Assembly (NCBI GenBank): GCA_001799485.1 | Contig: MGTO01000065.1 | Location: 220 to 64,219 of the forward strand | DNA from: Desulfuromonadales bacterium GWC2_61_20 | Lineage (GTDB): Bacteria; Desulfobacterota; Desulfuromonadia; Desulfuromonadales; UBA2197 | Direction: 5' to 3' | DNA: 64,000 nt | Shown here: positions 16,733 to 27,156 of the stretch, piece by piece | How the letters are laid out: every line of letters begins with the position of its first letter | Position numbering within the stretch: the stretch's first letter is position 1 | Made by a program: the position numbers and the translations under genes | The notes under the pieces: model-generated | What the model saw: only the letters and a program-made list of their open reading frames with translations | Database searches by the model: none | What the model was told of the DNA's origin: nothing

Positions 16733-17271
16733 CGATCCACGCCTTCCGCCCATGCCACCGGGCCATCGAGGGGCCGCACCAGCAACAGCTCTTCCTCGGG
16801 CAGGGTCCGCAATTTCGGCAACAGAACGTCGAGAACGCGTTCCTTCTCTTCCAGCCGCCGGGCGAGTTCAACGGCGGCCAGGGAGCCGCGCTCTTGCTCC
16901 AGCGCCGCATCGAGACGGCGATACTCCCCGGCCAGGGCAAGAGCTTCCGGACGGATCTCGACCGATACCGCGGAGCCGCTGACGAGATCGTACAAGACGA
17001 GCTGATGGCGCCCACCGTCTTCCACGGTCAGCGTCCCCGCCCCTTCGCGACAGCCGGTGGTCACGACAATGCCATCGACGGCACAGGTGGCGATGCCATA
17101 ACTAGCCCGCAGGTTGGCTCCATCCACCTCGGCCAATCGGCGGCGGGCGGCATGCCCGAGTCGTCCGCCGAGGGTACTCATCGGACAGCGATGGCCGTGA
17201 CGGCGCCAGATCTCCTCGAAGATCTCCAGGGCCGGAGCTGTTACTGCCGGAATTGTCGCGTCAGAACTCAT
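16729..17271 (-). CDS. FmdE-domain protein
   Basis: ATG at 17269-17271. Motif [18 protein letters not shown] plus [15 protein letters not shown] is characteristic of the formylmethanofuran dehydrogenase subunit E-like domain. Overlaps the upstream gene by 11 nt. Confidence 0.7.
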   Translation of the reverse strand: MSSDATIPAVTAPALEIFEEIWRRHGHRCPMSTLGGRLGHAARRRLAEVDGANLRASYGIATCAVDGIVVTTGCREGAGTLTVEDGGRHQLVLYDLVSGSAVSVEIRPEALALAGEYRRLDAALEQERGSLAAVELARRLEEKERVLDVLLPKLRTLPEEELLLVRPLDGPVAWAEGVDR

Positions 17272-18172
17272 AGTGATGCGGGCAATCGGTCTCGCGGATG
17301 GCGTAATAACGGGCCGTCATGTCCGGGGTCAGAAATTGCCGCACTTCCTTCAGCGCCTGCCGGAAGTGCGCCTCACTGACCATGGCGGCATCGGCCTTGA
17401 TGGCATTGATGGTGGCGCGCTTGCAGAGGCTCTCGATGTCCCAGCCGACATAGCCCTCTGCCGCATCGGCCAGACGCCGCCGGTCAATCCCGGCCGCAAG
17501 ATTGGGCATCCGGTTCATATAGATATCGAGCATGCCGAGGCGATCGTCAGCTGTCGGCGGGTTGACAAAAACCTTGCGATTGAAGCGTTTCTTCTCTTTG
17601 ATGACCGCCTGATCGACAGTATCGATGCGATAGCACGACCCCAGCAGAGCAACCCCCGGCACCTGATTGATGCGATCGATCTGCTCAATGAAGAGTCGGG
17701 TCAGATCCTTGTCGGCGAAGGTCGGAGGAACCGCGCGCAGATTCCCCGGGCTCCACTCGTAATCGCAACCGGCACGGGGCGCCAGCCATTCGCAGTCGGA
17801 AATGAAGAGAACACAGGGGGCCTCATGGATGGCACAGTCGAAGGCCTCTACCAGCTCCGCTCCCTTGCCGAGCATCTCCTGGCCGGAAATATAGACAAAG
17901 GTGACCCCGGCTTCTTTGGCGCAGGCTTCGGCCAGCATGGTAATGCCGGTGCCCAAGGGACCCCAGAGCATGACCCCGGCGGGGATGCCGAGGTTGTGCC
18001 GCAAGATCTCTGCCCGCTTCTTCAGCGGGAGACAGACCATCTCCTTCAGTGTCTCCTTGACCTCGGCATAGCCGCCGATATCGTCCCAGCCGAGGACGGG
18101 GTCGCGAACTTCATAGAAAATGCGGCTCAGTTTCCGATGCACGGTAGCGCTTCCATTTCTTCGGGCGCACAA
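17261..18172 (-). CDS. AAA+ (Cdc48/FtsH-type) family protein with degenerate Walker A, Walker B, sensor-1 and arginine-finger region
   Basis: Family-typical [24 protein letters not shown] and overall AAA module. Walker A reads GPLGTGIT (canonical GPPGxGKT). Walker B reads VLFISDCE (canonical hhhhDExD). Start uncertain: TTG 18172 or GTG 18142, no ATG available upstream of the conserved region. Confidence 0.7.
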   Translation of the reverse strand: MCARRNGSATVHRKLSRIFYEVRDPVLGWDDIGGYAEVKETLKEMVCLPLKKRAEILRHNLGIPAGVMLWGPLGTGITMLAEACAKEAGVTFVYISGQEMLGKGAELVEAFDCAIHEAPCVLFISDCEWLAPRAGCDYEWSPGNLRAVPPTFADKDLTRLFIEQIDRINQVPGVALLGSCYRIDTVDQAVIKEKKRFNRKVFVNPPTADDRLGMLDIYMNRMPNLAAGIDRRRLADAAEGYVGWDIESLCKRATINAIKADAAMVSEAHFRQALKEVRQFLTPDMTARYYAIRETDCPHHYEF

Positions 18173-18325
18173 AAACGATCACGGCCCGAGACAAAAAAAT
18201 TGGCCCTCGCGGGGCGCTGCAAACCTTCGTCCCAAGAGCAACATCCATGCCACCTTGACCCTCGCCAGGAGGCGGACTATAGTGCCGGGCAGAAGGTGAA
18301 GGCACCGTCGCCGCGGGAGGTCGTC

Positions 18326-19804
<1,479 letters not shown>

Positions 19805-19807
19805 CGG

Positions 19808-20128
19808 TTACAACTCGTTCAACAAGCGATAAACTTTCTGTTCCATCTCCCAAACGGCCGCCGCCGCATCTTCGCGTCCGTCTTCTTCAAGGAGCAGACG
19901 CGCCCGGTCGAGATAGCCGTGCGCCTTGAGCAATACCGGCGTCAACTGGGATTCAAGACGGATGCGGGGGATTTCTCCGACCTTTTCCTGCAGTTCCGCC
20001 AGCTCCTGAACTGCCTGGTTGACGGAGCGGAGTTCCCGCCCCGGCTCGGCCGCATCCGGGGGTGACAGGGTCTCAAGCAGAGCGCGGGCGTCATTGACGA
20101 GTTGACGGTAACGGTCGGATATGTTCAT
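19808..20128 (-). CDS. Small helical hypothetical protein (106 aa)
   Basis: Internal ATG at 20126-20128. The remaining upstream part of the track ORF runs through a palindrome and an intergenic region. No recognisable family. Converges on glpK with only 3 nt between the stops. Confidence 0.4.
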   Translation of the reverse strand: MNISDRYRQLVNDARALLETLSPPDAAEPGRELRSVNQAVQELAELQEKVGEIPRIRLESQLTPVLLKAHGYLDRARLLLEEDGREDAAAAVWEMEQKVYRLLNEL

Positions 20129-20233
20129 GATCTGGGCTCCAAAAACCCTGCGGGGGATTTGCATCTGATTTGAGCCAGTCATGCTAGTCATTACCCGCGA
20201 AGAACTCAAGAAAAACCTGCGCCCCAGATAAAT

Positions 20234-20285
20234 GCCGTTCAAACGCCCCAGCCCGCGCATGCGCGGGCTGGGGCGTTTGAACGGC
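20234..20285. repeat. Perfect 52-nt palindrome (26-bp arms)
   Basis: GCCGTTCAAACGCCCCAGCCCGCGCA|TGCGCGGGCTGGGGCGTTTGAACGGC. Yields the same peptide PFKRPSPRMRGLGRLNG in track ORFs on both strands. Lies 3' of the Wzc-like gene. Confidence 0.9.
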
Positions 20286-20363
20286 AAACATGATGACTCC
20301 GGGGCAGCTCGCGCGCCATACCCACAACGTAACTGTGCGCGAAGCTCGGCAGCCCCTGGCGAG

Positions 20364-22565
20364 TTACTCTTCCCTCGCCGATGCCGCATCCACGAACATC
20401 GCGCGCGACAACATCAGGCGTTTCACGCTGGATGTGGCATGGTATTCGCCGTAATAGTATTCGTTGTGCTTCGGGTCCATGCCGTTGATGACCACCCCCA
20501 GAACCTGAAGCTTGCGGTCGCGCAACATCTTGATGGCCCGGGTCGCCATATCGTGCGTGGTCTGATGCGCCTTGGTCACCATGATCGTGCCGTCAAAACT
20601 CCGGCCGAGCAACAGCGCATCGGCAACCATCAGCACCGGCGGAGAGTCGCAGATGATGAAATCGAACTTCTCGCCGAGGGCATCAATCAGACTCCGGAAC
20701 CGTTTCGATGCGATCAATTCAGAAGGGTTGGGCGGAGTCGGACCGGCAGCGATGAACGAGAGGTTGGGGACGGGCCCGGGCTGGAGAATCCCTTCCGTTT
20801 GCCCCCCGGTCAGATAGCTGCTGAGACCGACCTTGCTGTCCATTTTGAACAGTTTGTGCAGTCTCGGTTTGCGCAAGTCGCCATCGATCAGGACAACACG
20901 ATTTTCGGTTTGCGCCAGGGCGATCGCCAGATTGATGGCGGTGGTGGTTTTCCCTTCCCCCATGACCGCGCTGGTGATGAGGATCTTGCTTGGAGCCAGA
21001 TCGGCTGCTGCCATCAGCAGAACACTGCGCAGTGTCTTATAGTTCTCGGCGAAAGCGGAAAGGGGCTGCTGCAGGACTATCCCCTCGATGGCCTTGCCGC
21101 TCTCCCGGCTGAGGGGGATCACGCTCAGGATCGGAGTAGCCAGGGACGTCTCGGCCGCGTCCGGGTCGGTGATCCGGTTATCGAGATAACTGCAGAGAAA
21201 GGCCAGGCCGATCCCGCCCGTCACGCCGAGCAGCATCCCGAGCAAGAGGTTCAACCCTTTGCGCGGGGAGGCAGGCTCAAGGGGAACCGTAGCTTCTTCG
21301 ACGATCCAGAGATTGATCGGCTGATTCTCGCCGGTAATCCCCTGCTCCCTGAGCTTGAGGGTAAGGGCATCGTACGTCTGACGAATCGTGTCCACTTCCC
21401 TTTTCAGGGCACCGAAGCGAATGAAGCGTTCGTTGAGTTCCATCGTCTCGGCTTTGGTGAGATCAAGCTGCGAACGCAGACTCTGCTCGTTTTTCAGGGC
21501 CAGCTCATAGTCGTTCCGGATGGTCCGGACGATGCGCCGGACCTCTTGCTGTTTCTTCGACAGCAACATACTCAAATCGCCGCTGGCCTTGATCATGACC
21601 GGGTGCTTGGGGCCATACTTGTTCGTCAACTCCATAATCTGCTTTTCCGTCTGCACAATCTGCGTCCGCAAAACCTGCAACGTCGGATCGGCAGCAATAG
21701 CCGTCACCGCTTCCGCCGCCGCCGGGCTGTCCTCGACCTGCGCGACCTTCGCGTAGAGGGTTTCCAGTTCCTTGCGGCGCAGCTCGGCGAGCACCAACTG
21801 GGAACTGAGTTCGGAGAGTCTTTCGGGGGTGACGGTGATGCGATTTTCCAGAGTCACGATGCCGTTGGTCTGCATATAGGCCTGCAGTTCCTGTTCGGCC
21901 TGCTCCAGAGCTTTGCGCTCGCTCCGGGCTTTGTCGTCCATCCAGCCGAGATTGCGCCGGGTCCCCTCGATCTTCATTTTGAGAACTTCCTCGATGAACG
22001 CCTGGGCGGTGGTATTGGCCACCTGAGCGGCAAAGACCGGGTCGGTTGAGGTAAAACGGATTGAGACGAGATGGCTCTCCGCCAGCGGCGACACTTTGAT
22101 GTCGGCGCTGATGGCCGTCGCCGCCCGGTCCTGCCAGCTCTGCCCCGTTGCGGGGGCGACGGCGGGCGCCTCTTCCCCGAAGATTGACTTGACCCTCTGC
22201 AGGGCGCCGGCGATCACCGATTTGACGGCAGACAACGGCGACTGCTCGGTCATGGACGCGGCATAATCTTCCGGCAAAGCCAATATATCCACGACCCGGC
22301 GGGCAACGGCCCGACTTTTGATGAGCTGGAACTGGGTCTGGTAGAATTCGGAATCGTAGGCCAGACGTGCACGCCCGGACAATTCGCCGGAATCCCCCCG
22401 TTCGATGAGGACCTTGGTCACCCCCTCGTAACGCGGGGTGAGGAGGAAGTTGGCCAGCAGGACAAGGGTGACGGTCGCGCCGAAAAAGGTGAGCACGACT
22501 CGCCGGCGCTGGCTGATCACCTTGAAGCAATCCCTCAGGTGGAGACCCTGGTTTGCTGTCGGCAT
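20364..22565 (-). CDS. Polysaccharide co-polymerase / tyrosine autokinase (Wzc/GumC-type, fused chain-length determinant and CpsD-like kinase)
   Basis: Best start is ATG 22563-22565, 9 nt after GGGAGG (alternatives 22574, 22613). N-terminal TM plus long coiled-coil periplasmic region. Walker A ITSAVMGEGKTTTAINLA. C-terminal tyrosine cluster NEYYYGEYH. Confidence 0.85.
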   Translation of the reverse strand: MPTANQGLHLRDCFKVISQRRRVVLTFFGATVTLVLLANFLLTPRYEGVTKVLIERGDSGELSGRARLAYDSEFYQTQFQLIKSRAVARRVVDILALPEDYAASMTEQSPLSAVKSVIAGALQRVKSIFGEEAPAVAPATGQSWQDRAATAISADIKVSPLAESHLVSIRFTSTDPVFAAQVANTTAQAFIEEVLKMKIEGTRRNLGWMDDKARSERKALEQAEQELQAYMQTNGIVTLENRITVTPERLSELSSQLVLAELRRKELETLYAKVAQVEDSPAAAEAVTAIAADPTLQVLRTQIVQTEKQIMELTNKYGPKHPVMIKASGDLSMLLSKKQQEVRRIVRTIRNDYELALKNEQSLRSQLDLTKAETMELNERFIRFGALKREVDTIRQTYDALTLKLREQGITGENQPINLWIVEEATVPLEPASPRKGLNLLLGMLLGVTGGIGLAFLCSYLDNRITDPDAAETSLATPILSVIPLSRESGKAIEGIVLQQPLSAFAENYKTLRSVLLMAAADLAPSKILITSAVMGEGKTTTAINLAIALAQTENRVVLIDGDLRKPRLHKLFKMDSKVGLSSYLTGGQTEGILQPGPVPNLSFIAAGPTPPNPSELIASKRFRSLIDALGEKFDFIICDSPPVLMVADALLLGRSFDGTIMVTKAHQTTHDMATRAIKMLRDRKLQVLGVVINGMDPKHNEYYYGEYHATSSVKRLMLSRAMFVDAASAREE

Positions 22566-22616
22566 GGCATGCATCCTCCCGCTACAGGTTGATCGGTATA
22601 CGGTCCGGGTCACTGC

Positions 22617-23423
22617 TCAGAAGAAGCTCTCGGGCACCACGATGACATCCTCGGGCAACACCGCTGTGTGCAACGGCACATTTTCCAGCACCTGATCGGT
22701 CCCGTTGACTTTGCGGATGATTTTGACTCGACCTTTGGCCGCCAGTTCCGTAAAGCCGCCAGCCATGGTGACCGCCTTGATGATCGACGTTTTCTGGCCG
22801 ATCCGGTAGGCGTTCGGCCGGTTGACCTGGCCGGTCACATAGAGGGTGCCGGTCTCCGCCACAAAGACGCTGTCGCCATCGAGCACAGAGACGTTCAGGG
22901 ACGCATCACCATTTTCCGTCAAATCTTTCAGGTTGAGGGTAAGCAGCTGTTCCTCTCCGCTTTTAGCACTCGCCCGACGTTTGATGCTCACGCTTTCTCC
23001 GGCATTGGCGCTTAAGCCGCCGGCCTTGGAAATCAGCTCCAGAAGGGTCGAGGGCCCACTCAATTCATAGAGTCCGGGGTTCTTGACTTGCCCCATGATG
23101 ATTGCCTTGCGGCTGCGGAATTCTTCAATAAAGACCGAGACCTGGGGGTTGACGATGTAGCCGTCGGCCAAGGCGGCACCCAGCATCGTCGAGGCCTTGG
23201 CGACCGACCCTCCGGCGACATGCACCGTTCCGATCAAGGGGAAGTTGATGGAGCCATCGTTGTTGACCCGCACCGTCGTGCTCAGGTCCGGATGATCATA
23301 GACGGCAATTTTCAGGACATCCCCGGCGCCGATCAGATAATTGCCGGGTTCGGCGGCGCACAGGGGCATGACTCCCAGGAAAAAAAGAAATAGCGCGATG
23401 TTGCCGACGAGCTTCCCATTCAT
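22617..23423 (-). CDS. Polysaccharide export protein (Wza family: Poly_export plus SLBB domains)
   Basis: ATG at 23421-23423. Signal MNGKLVGNIALFLFFLGVMPLCAA. YLIGAGDVLKIAVYDHPDLS...DGSINFPLIGTVHVAG is typical of the family. Confidence 0.85.
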   Translation of the reverse strand: MNGKLVGNIALFLFFLGVMPLCAAEPGNYLIGAGDVLKIAVYDHPDLSTTVRVNNDGSINFPLIGTVHVAGGSVAKASTMLGAALADGYIVNPQVSVFIEEFRSRKAIIMGQVKNPGLYELSGPSTLLELISKAGGLSANAGESVSIKRRASAKSGEEQLLTLNLKDLTENGDASLNVSVLDGDSVFVAETGTLYVTGQVNRPNAYRIGQKTSIIKAVTMAGGFTELAAKGRVKIIRKVNGTDQVLENVPLHTAVLPEDVIVVPESFF

Positions 23424-23488
23424 GATTGCGCCCTTTCTGTTCCGGCCGATTCCCGGAACGCCGAGCAAACGGGGCTAAGGACTTGCGA

Positions 23489-24838
23489 CTACAAGGCTGC
23501 GGAGAGCCTCAGATATGCCGTGTTGTTGTCATAGCAAAGCGCGGGGAAATTGGAATCACGCCGGAGAAAACGATAGCCGATGGTGACATCCAGCCATTTG
23601 CGCGGGGTATAACCGAGGGCCAGCCCGGCACGGTAATAGCTGTCCTCGCGCATGCCCACCATGCCGCCCGCGACCGTCTTTTCCCGATACTCTTCGAACA
23701 GGTACGAGCCGTCGATGGTCACTTCCAGCCGGGTCAAGAGTTTCTGGCGAAAACCGAATGACGTCTGCGTCGCCAGGGTGCCGGAGGTCGACGGGGTGTC
23801 GGGCTCATTGATCTTGCGGGTCGCCTGCAGGTAGGCCGAGCGCTTCGCGGCGAAACGGTAGTCGAGCCGGACCTCGCCGATAGGTTCTCCGTAGTCGACC
23901 CTTCCCTTGTCCCAAAAATCCTTCTGTCCGTAACCGAGCATGACGCGGCCACGCATTTTTGCGGACGCCCGCCACTCGATGCCGGCAAATGCGTGATACT
24001 CCGTACTGTCCAGAAGAAGTGCCAGATCATAGTCGATGAGGACCTGCTCGTAGAGGAGGAACAGTTCGCTTTTGGCGAATGACTTCCGGGAAAGGCGGAC
24101 CGAAAGCGCATTGTCTTCTCTTTTGCGATAGGCATTATCCTGCGCATCAAAGTCGAGACGGTAATTGGCATAGTCTGCCCGGAGACCGGTTCTGGCGGTA
24201 ATGGGGACATTGAGAAGGGTGTGGATGAGGTTCGCCTTGTACCGCTCGAGATTGTAGGTCTGATTGGTGTCGCCGTAGAAGGGATCCTGCTCCTCCTCAT
24301 ATACTTCAAGAATCTCCAGGGAGAGGCCGCGGGGGGACTGATACAGGATAAAGGCCTCGCCATGGTGGCTGGTTCGTTCCTCCTCGGGGAAACGCGCGTT
24401 CATCTCGAAGTTTGCCCGATACAGGGCATAGCCCTGGAAACGGGTCGCGGTTTCGGTACGGAACCGGGCAATTTCCAAACCGCCCGGGGTGGCGATCATG
24501 GTGTTCACCCGCAGTGGCTGTTGTCGGCTCGGCGGAGCGACCAGCCAAAGTCCTGGGGTAATGATGGTGGTGTATTCGCTCTGCGGATCGGCCGTACTGT
24601 TGAAATAGTTGTCGGTGAAGCGCTCGCCGACCGCGACAAAGGGGTGAATGTAGCCGGTCCGACCGCCGAGGAAGTCCCCTCCGGGATCAGTCCAGTCCAG
24701 ATAAGTCACGACCTGCGTCCCTGCGTCCTCCGCCAGCGGAAGGGGGACCGTTTCCGCCAGAACGGTGTCGGCGGCGCGGGCGCGAAGCGGCAGGAGCAGG
24801 AGGATGCCAAGCAATGGCAGGAGTAAGTGTGTTTTCAT
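23489..24838 (-). CDS. Putative outer-membrane beta-barrel protein of EPS loci (EpsL / PEP-CTERM-system-associated-like)
   Basis: ATG at 24836-24838. Signal MKTHLLLPLLGILLLLPLRARA. Alternating-residue strands rich in Y/R/D/G throughout. Position immediately after the Wza/Wzc genes. Confidence 0.5.
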   Translation of the reverse strand: MKTHLLLPLLGILLLLPLRARAADTVLAETVPLPLAEDAGTQVVTYLDWTDPGGDFLGGRTGYIHPFVAVGERFTDNYFNSTADPQSEYTTIITPGLWLVAPPSRQQPLRVNTMIATPGGLEIARFRTETATRFQGYALYRANFEMNARFPEEERTSHHGEAFILYQSPRGLSLEILEVYEEEQDPFYGDTNQTYNLERYKANLIHTLLNVPITARTGLRADYANYRLDFDAQDNAYRKREDNALSVRLSRKSFAKSELFLLYEQVLIDYDLALLLDSTEYHAFAGIEWRASAKMRGRVMLGYGQKDFWDKGRVDYGEPIGEVRLDYRFAAKRSAYLQATRKINEPDTPSTSGTLATQTSFGFRQKLLTRLEVTIDGSYLFEEYREKTVAGGMVGMREDSYYRAGLALGYTPRKWLDVTIGYRFLRRDSNFPALCYDNNTAYLRLSAAL

Positions 24839-24916
24839 CAGACCCGTCCACTTACTTTCAAGGGCAACTGTAGCGGCATGAGACAGCGGCTGTCCCGCGC
24901 CCACCCGCTCACGAAT

Positions 24917-26899
24917 TCAAATCGTCGCCCGGGCAACGTCGCCCTTGGCTCGAGCCGGGGCCGCGGGCAGGGGCGGTGCCGGCTTTGTCCTGACGCTCTG
25001 CGGCAGCGTAATTTTTACCTCAACCGGACTTGCGTGGGACACGCGGTATTCCGGCACGATTTCCCGCAACTTGGCGATCAGCAATGCACTGTCCCTGATC
25101 TGCGAGGTCTGGGCCATGTTCAGGAACCACTGTTCAGAAACGTTCTCATCAATCGGTCTGGACTTGGCCACAAAAATTTTGTCGTGGGCCGTCTCTTGTA
25201 TGTCCTCCCCGGCTAGGAGCAACTCCTCGTAAAGCTTCTCGCCGGGGCGCAAACCGGAAAAGACGATATCGATATCTTTATAGGGACGCAGACCTGAGAG
25301 ACGGATCAACTCTTCCGCCAGTTCGAGAATCTTGACCGGCTCACCCATGTCAAGGAGGAATATCTCGCCCTTGCGCCCCATGCTTCCCGCCTGCAGCACC
25401 AGTTGGGCCGCTTCGGGAATGGTCATGAAGAAACGCGTGACCTCGGGGTGGGTGACGGTGACCGGCCCGCCCTGTTCGATCTGGTCCCTGAAGACCGGGA
25501 TGACACTGCCATTACTCCCCAAAACATTGCCGAAGCGCACGGTAATGAAGTTGGTGGCGCTCCGCCTGGCCAGATATTGCACATAAATCTCGGCGGCACG
25601 CTTGCTGGCACCCATGACATTGGTTGGGTTGACGGCCTTGTCCGTCGAGACCATGACGAAACGACTGACCCCGGCGGCATGGGCCGCATTGGCGAGAATG
25701 CGGGTCCCCATCACATTGTTGCTGATCGCCTCATAGGGATGGGATTCAAGCATCGGCACATGCTTGTAGGCGGCGGCGTGAAACACCACCTCGGGCCGGT
25801 GCCGGGCGAAGATCTGGCGGATTTTCTGTTCGTCGCGGATGTCGCTCAGACTGGGAGTCAGGACAACGCCCGCGGAGCGCGCGTGCAGTTCTCGCTCGAC
25901 ATTGAAGAGGGGGGTTTCGGCACTATCGAGGAGGACGATGCCGGCGGGAGAGAAATTGAGCACCTGGCGGCAGATTTCGCTGCCGATGCTTCCCCCGGCC
26001 CCGGTGACGAGAATGCGCTTCCCCTTGAGGTAGCCCTGGATTTTGTCGACATCGAGCTCAACCGGCCTGCGGCCGAGCAAGTCTTCGAGCTGGACATCCC
26101 GCATATGTCGGACCGATACCGCCCCTTTGATGATCTCGCCGACGGTGGGGAGGATCTTTGATTCCACCCTCGCCCGCCGGCAGGCCGCGACGATGGTGCG
26201 TAATTCGCGATAGCCCACCGCTGGCTGCGCCACGATGACTAGGCCGATATGCCTGCTCCAGCAAGTTTGCACCAGGTCTTGAGGAGCCCCCAGAACCGGC
26301 ACCCCCTGGTAATTCTCCCCGAGGCGCTCCGGGTCACAGTCGAGAAAACCGATTACTGTCATGTTCAAGCTGGGAGTCTGGCGGATTTCCCGGGCGATCG
26401 TCTGTCCTGCCGCGCCGGCTCCAACAACCAGAACCCTCCCCCCCGCCTCCTTGCCTTGTTTGAACGTTCCGCTGACCGTTTCCATACCGATACGGGCCAG
26501 CACGCGCGCACCGCTGATGGTCAGAAAACAGAAGAGTCCATCCAGCACGAAGACGGCGGGGGGGATGTGCACGTATTGACGACCCGCCAGAACATACAAT
26601 CCCAAGAGCAGCAGCGAGGCGGACAGATTGGCGTTGACAATCCTGAGCAGGTCGGGCAGGGAAATGTACTTCCACCCACCGGAGAAGAGGCCCATCGTCC
26701 AGAAGATGGGAATCTTGATCAACAGCAGTAACGGCAGGATGGTCACGATTGACGCTTGGTAAAGCAGGGGGATGGTCCCGTCAAAGCGCAGGGAGAGCGC
26801 ACCGATATAACTACAGACCACTGCCGTCATGAGGAACAAAATGGTCATCAGCATTTTTGTCGGGTTTTTACATCGAAGGCCTTCAGCGAATTCTGCCAT
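24917..26899 (-). CDS. Membrane-anchored nucleotide-sugar 4,6-dehydratase/epimerase (CapD/WbpM/PglF family)
   Basis: ATG at 26897-26899. Four N-terminal TM helices. Two Rossmann motifs (VLVVGAGAAGQ and ILVTGAGGSIGSE). YKHVPMLE, SNNVMGTRILA, STDKAVNPTNVMGASKR. Confidence 0.85.
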   Translation of the reverse strand: MAEFAEGLRCKNPTKMLMTILFLMTAVVCSYIGALSLRFDGTIPLLYQASIVTILPLLLLIKIPIFWTMGLFSGGWKYISLPDLLRIVNANLSASLLLLGLYVLAGRQYVHIPPAVFVLDGLFCFLTISGARVLARIGMETVSGTFKQGKEAGGRVLVVGAGAAGQTIAREIRQTPSLNMTVIGFLDCDPERLGENYQGVPVLGAPQDLVQTCWSRHIGLVIVAQPAVGYRELRTIVAACRRARVESKILPTVGEIIKGAVSVRHMRDVQLEDLLGRRPVELDVDKIQGYLKGKRILVTGAGGSIGSEICRQVLNFSPAGIVLLDSAETPLFNVERELHARSAGVVLTPSLSDIRDEQKIRQIFARHRPEVVFHAAAYKHVPMLESHPYEAISNNVMGTRILANAAHAAGVSRFVMVSTDKAVNPTNVMGASKRAAEIYVQYLARRSATNFITVRFGNVLGSNGSVIPVFRDQIEQGGPVTVTHPEVTRFFMTIPEAAQLVLQAGSMGRKGEIFLLDMGEPVKILELAEELIRLSGLRPYKDIDIVFSGLRPGEKLYEELLLAGEDIQETAHDKIFVAKSRPIDENVSEQWFLNMAQTSQIRDSALLIAKLREIVPEYRVSHASPVEVKITLPQSVRTKPAPPLPAAPARAKGDVARATI

Positions 26900-27156
26900 A
26901 GTCGCCACCTTATCGATATTAGTTGTCAATAACGTTAGAACCGAATTGTGCCTCTTCAATAACCGGATAGGTGGAAACAAGGTCGAATAAGGTTATAAAG
27001 ATTATTAACCTGAAAGTTTCAGGGCTGAGCGCATTCCTGTCCCGCTCTTGCAATGACGCCCCGAGACGGCGCAGAGACTGCCCGGGGACGGCAGTCTCTG
27101 CGCCTGTTTCAGCCCGCATGCGGGGTATGCGCCCCGGGCAAGACGCGACGAGACGA

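Noticed and set aside
17273-18325. 5' extension of the glpK reading frame (track ORF 17273..19804, 843 aa).
   Set aside because: The first 351 codons are antisense to the AAA+ gene and have no GlpK similarity. The canonical GlpK N-terminus [14 protein letters not shown] starts at ATG 18326.
20232-20389. Small ORFs encoding PFKRPSPRMRGLGRLNG on both strands.
   Set aside because: They are an artefact of translating the perfect 52-nt palindrome in both directions, not genes.
27068-27104. 15-bp perfect hairpin GGCGCAGAGACTGCC-N7-GGCAGTCTCTGCGCC downstream of the rhodanese gene.
   Set aside because: It is most simply a transcript-end or stability hairpin for the rhodanese gene. It has no U-tract, no repeats elsewhere in the window, and nothing further to distinguish it.
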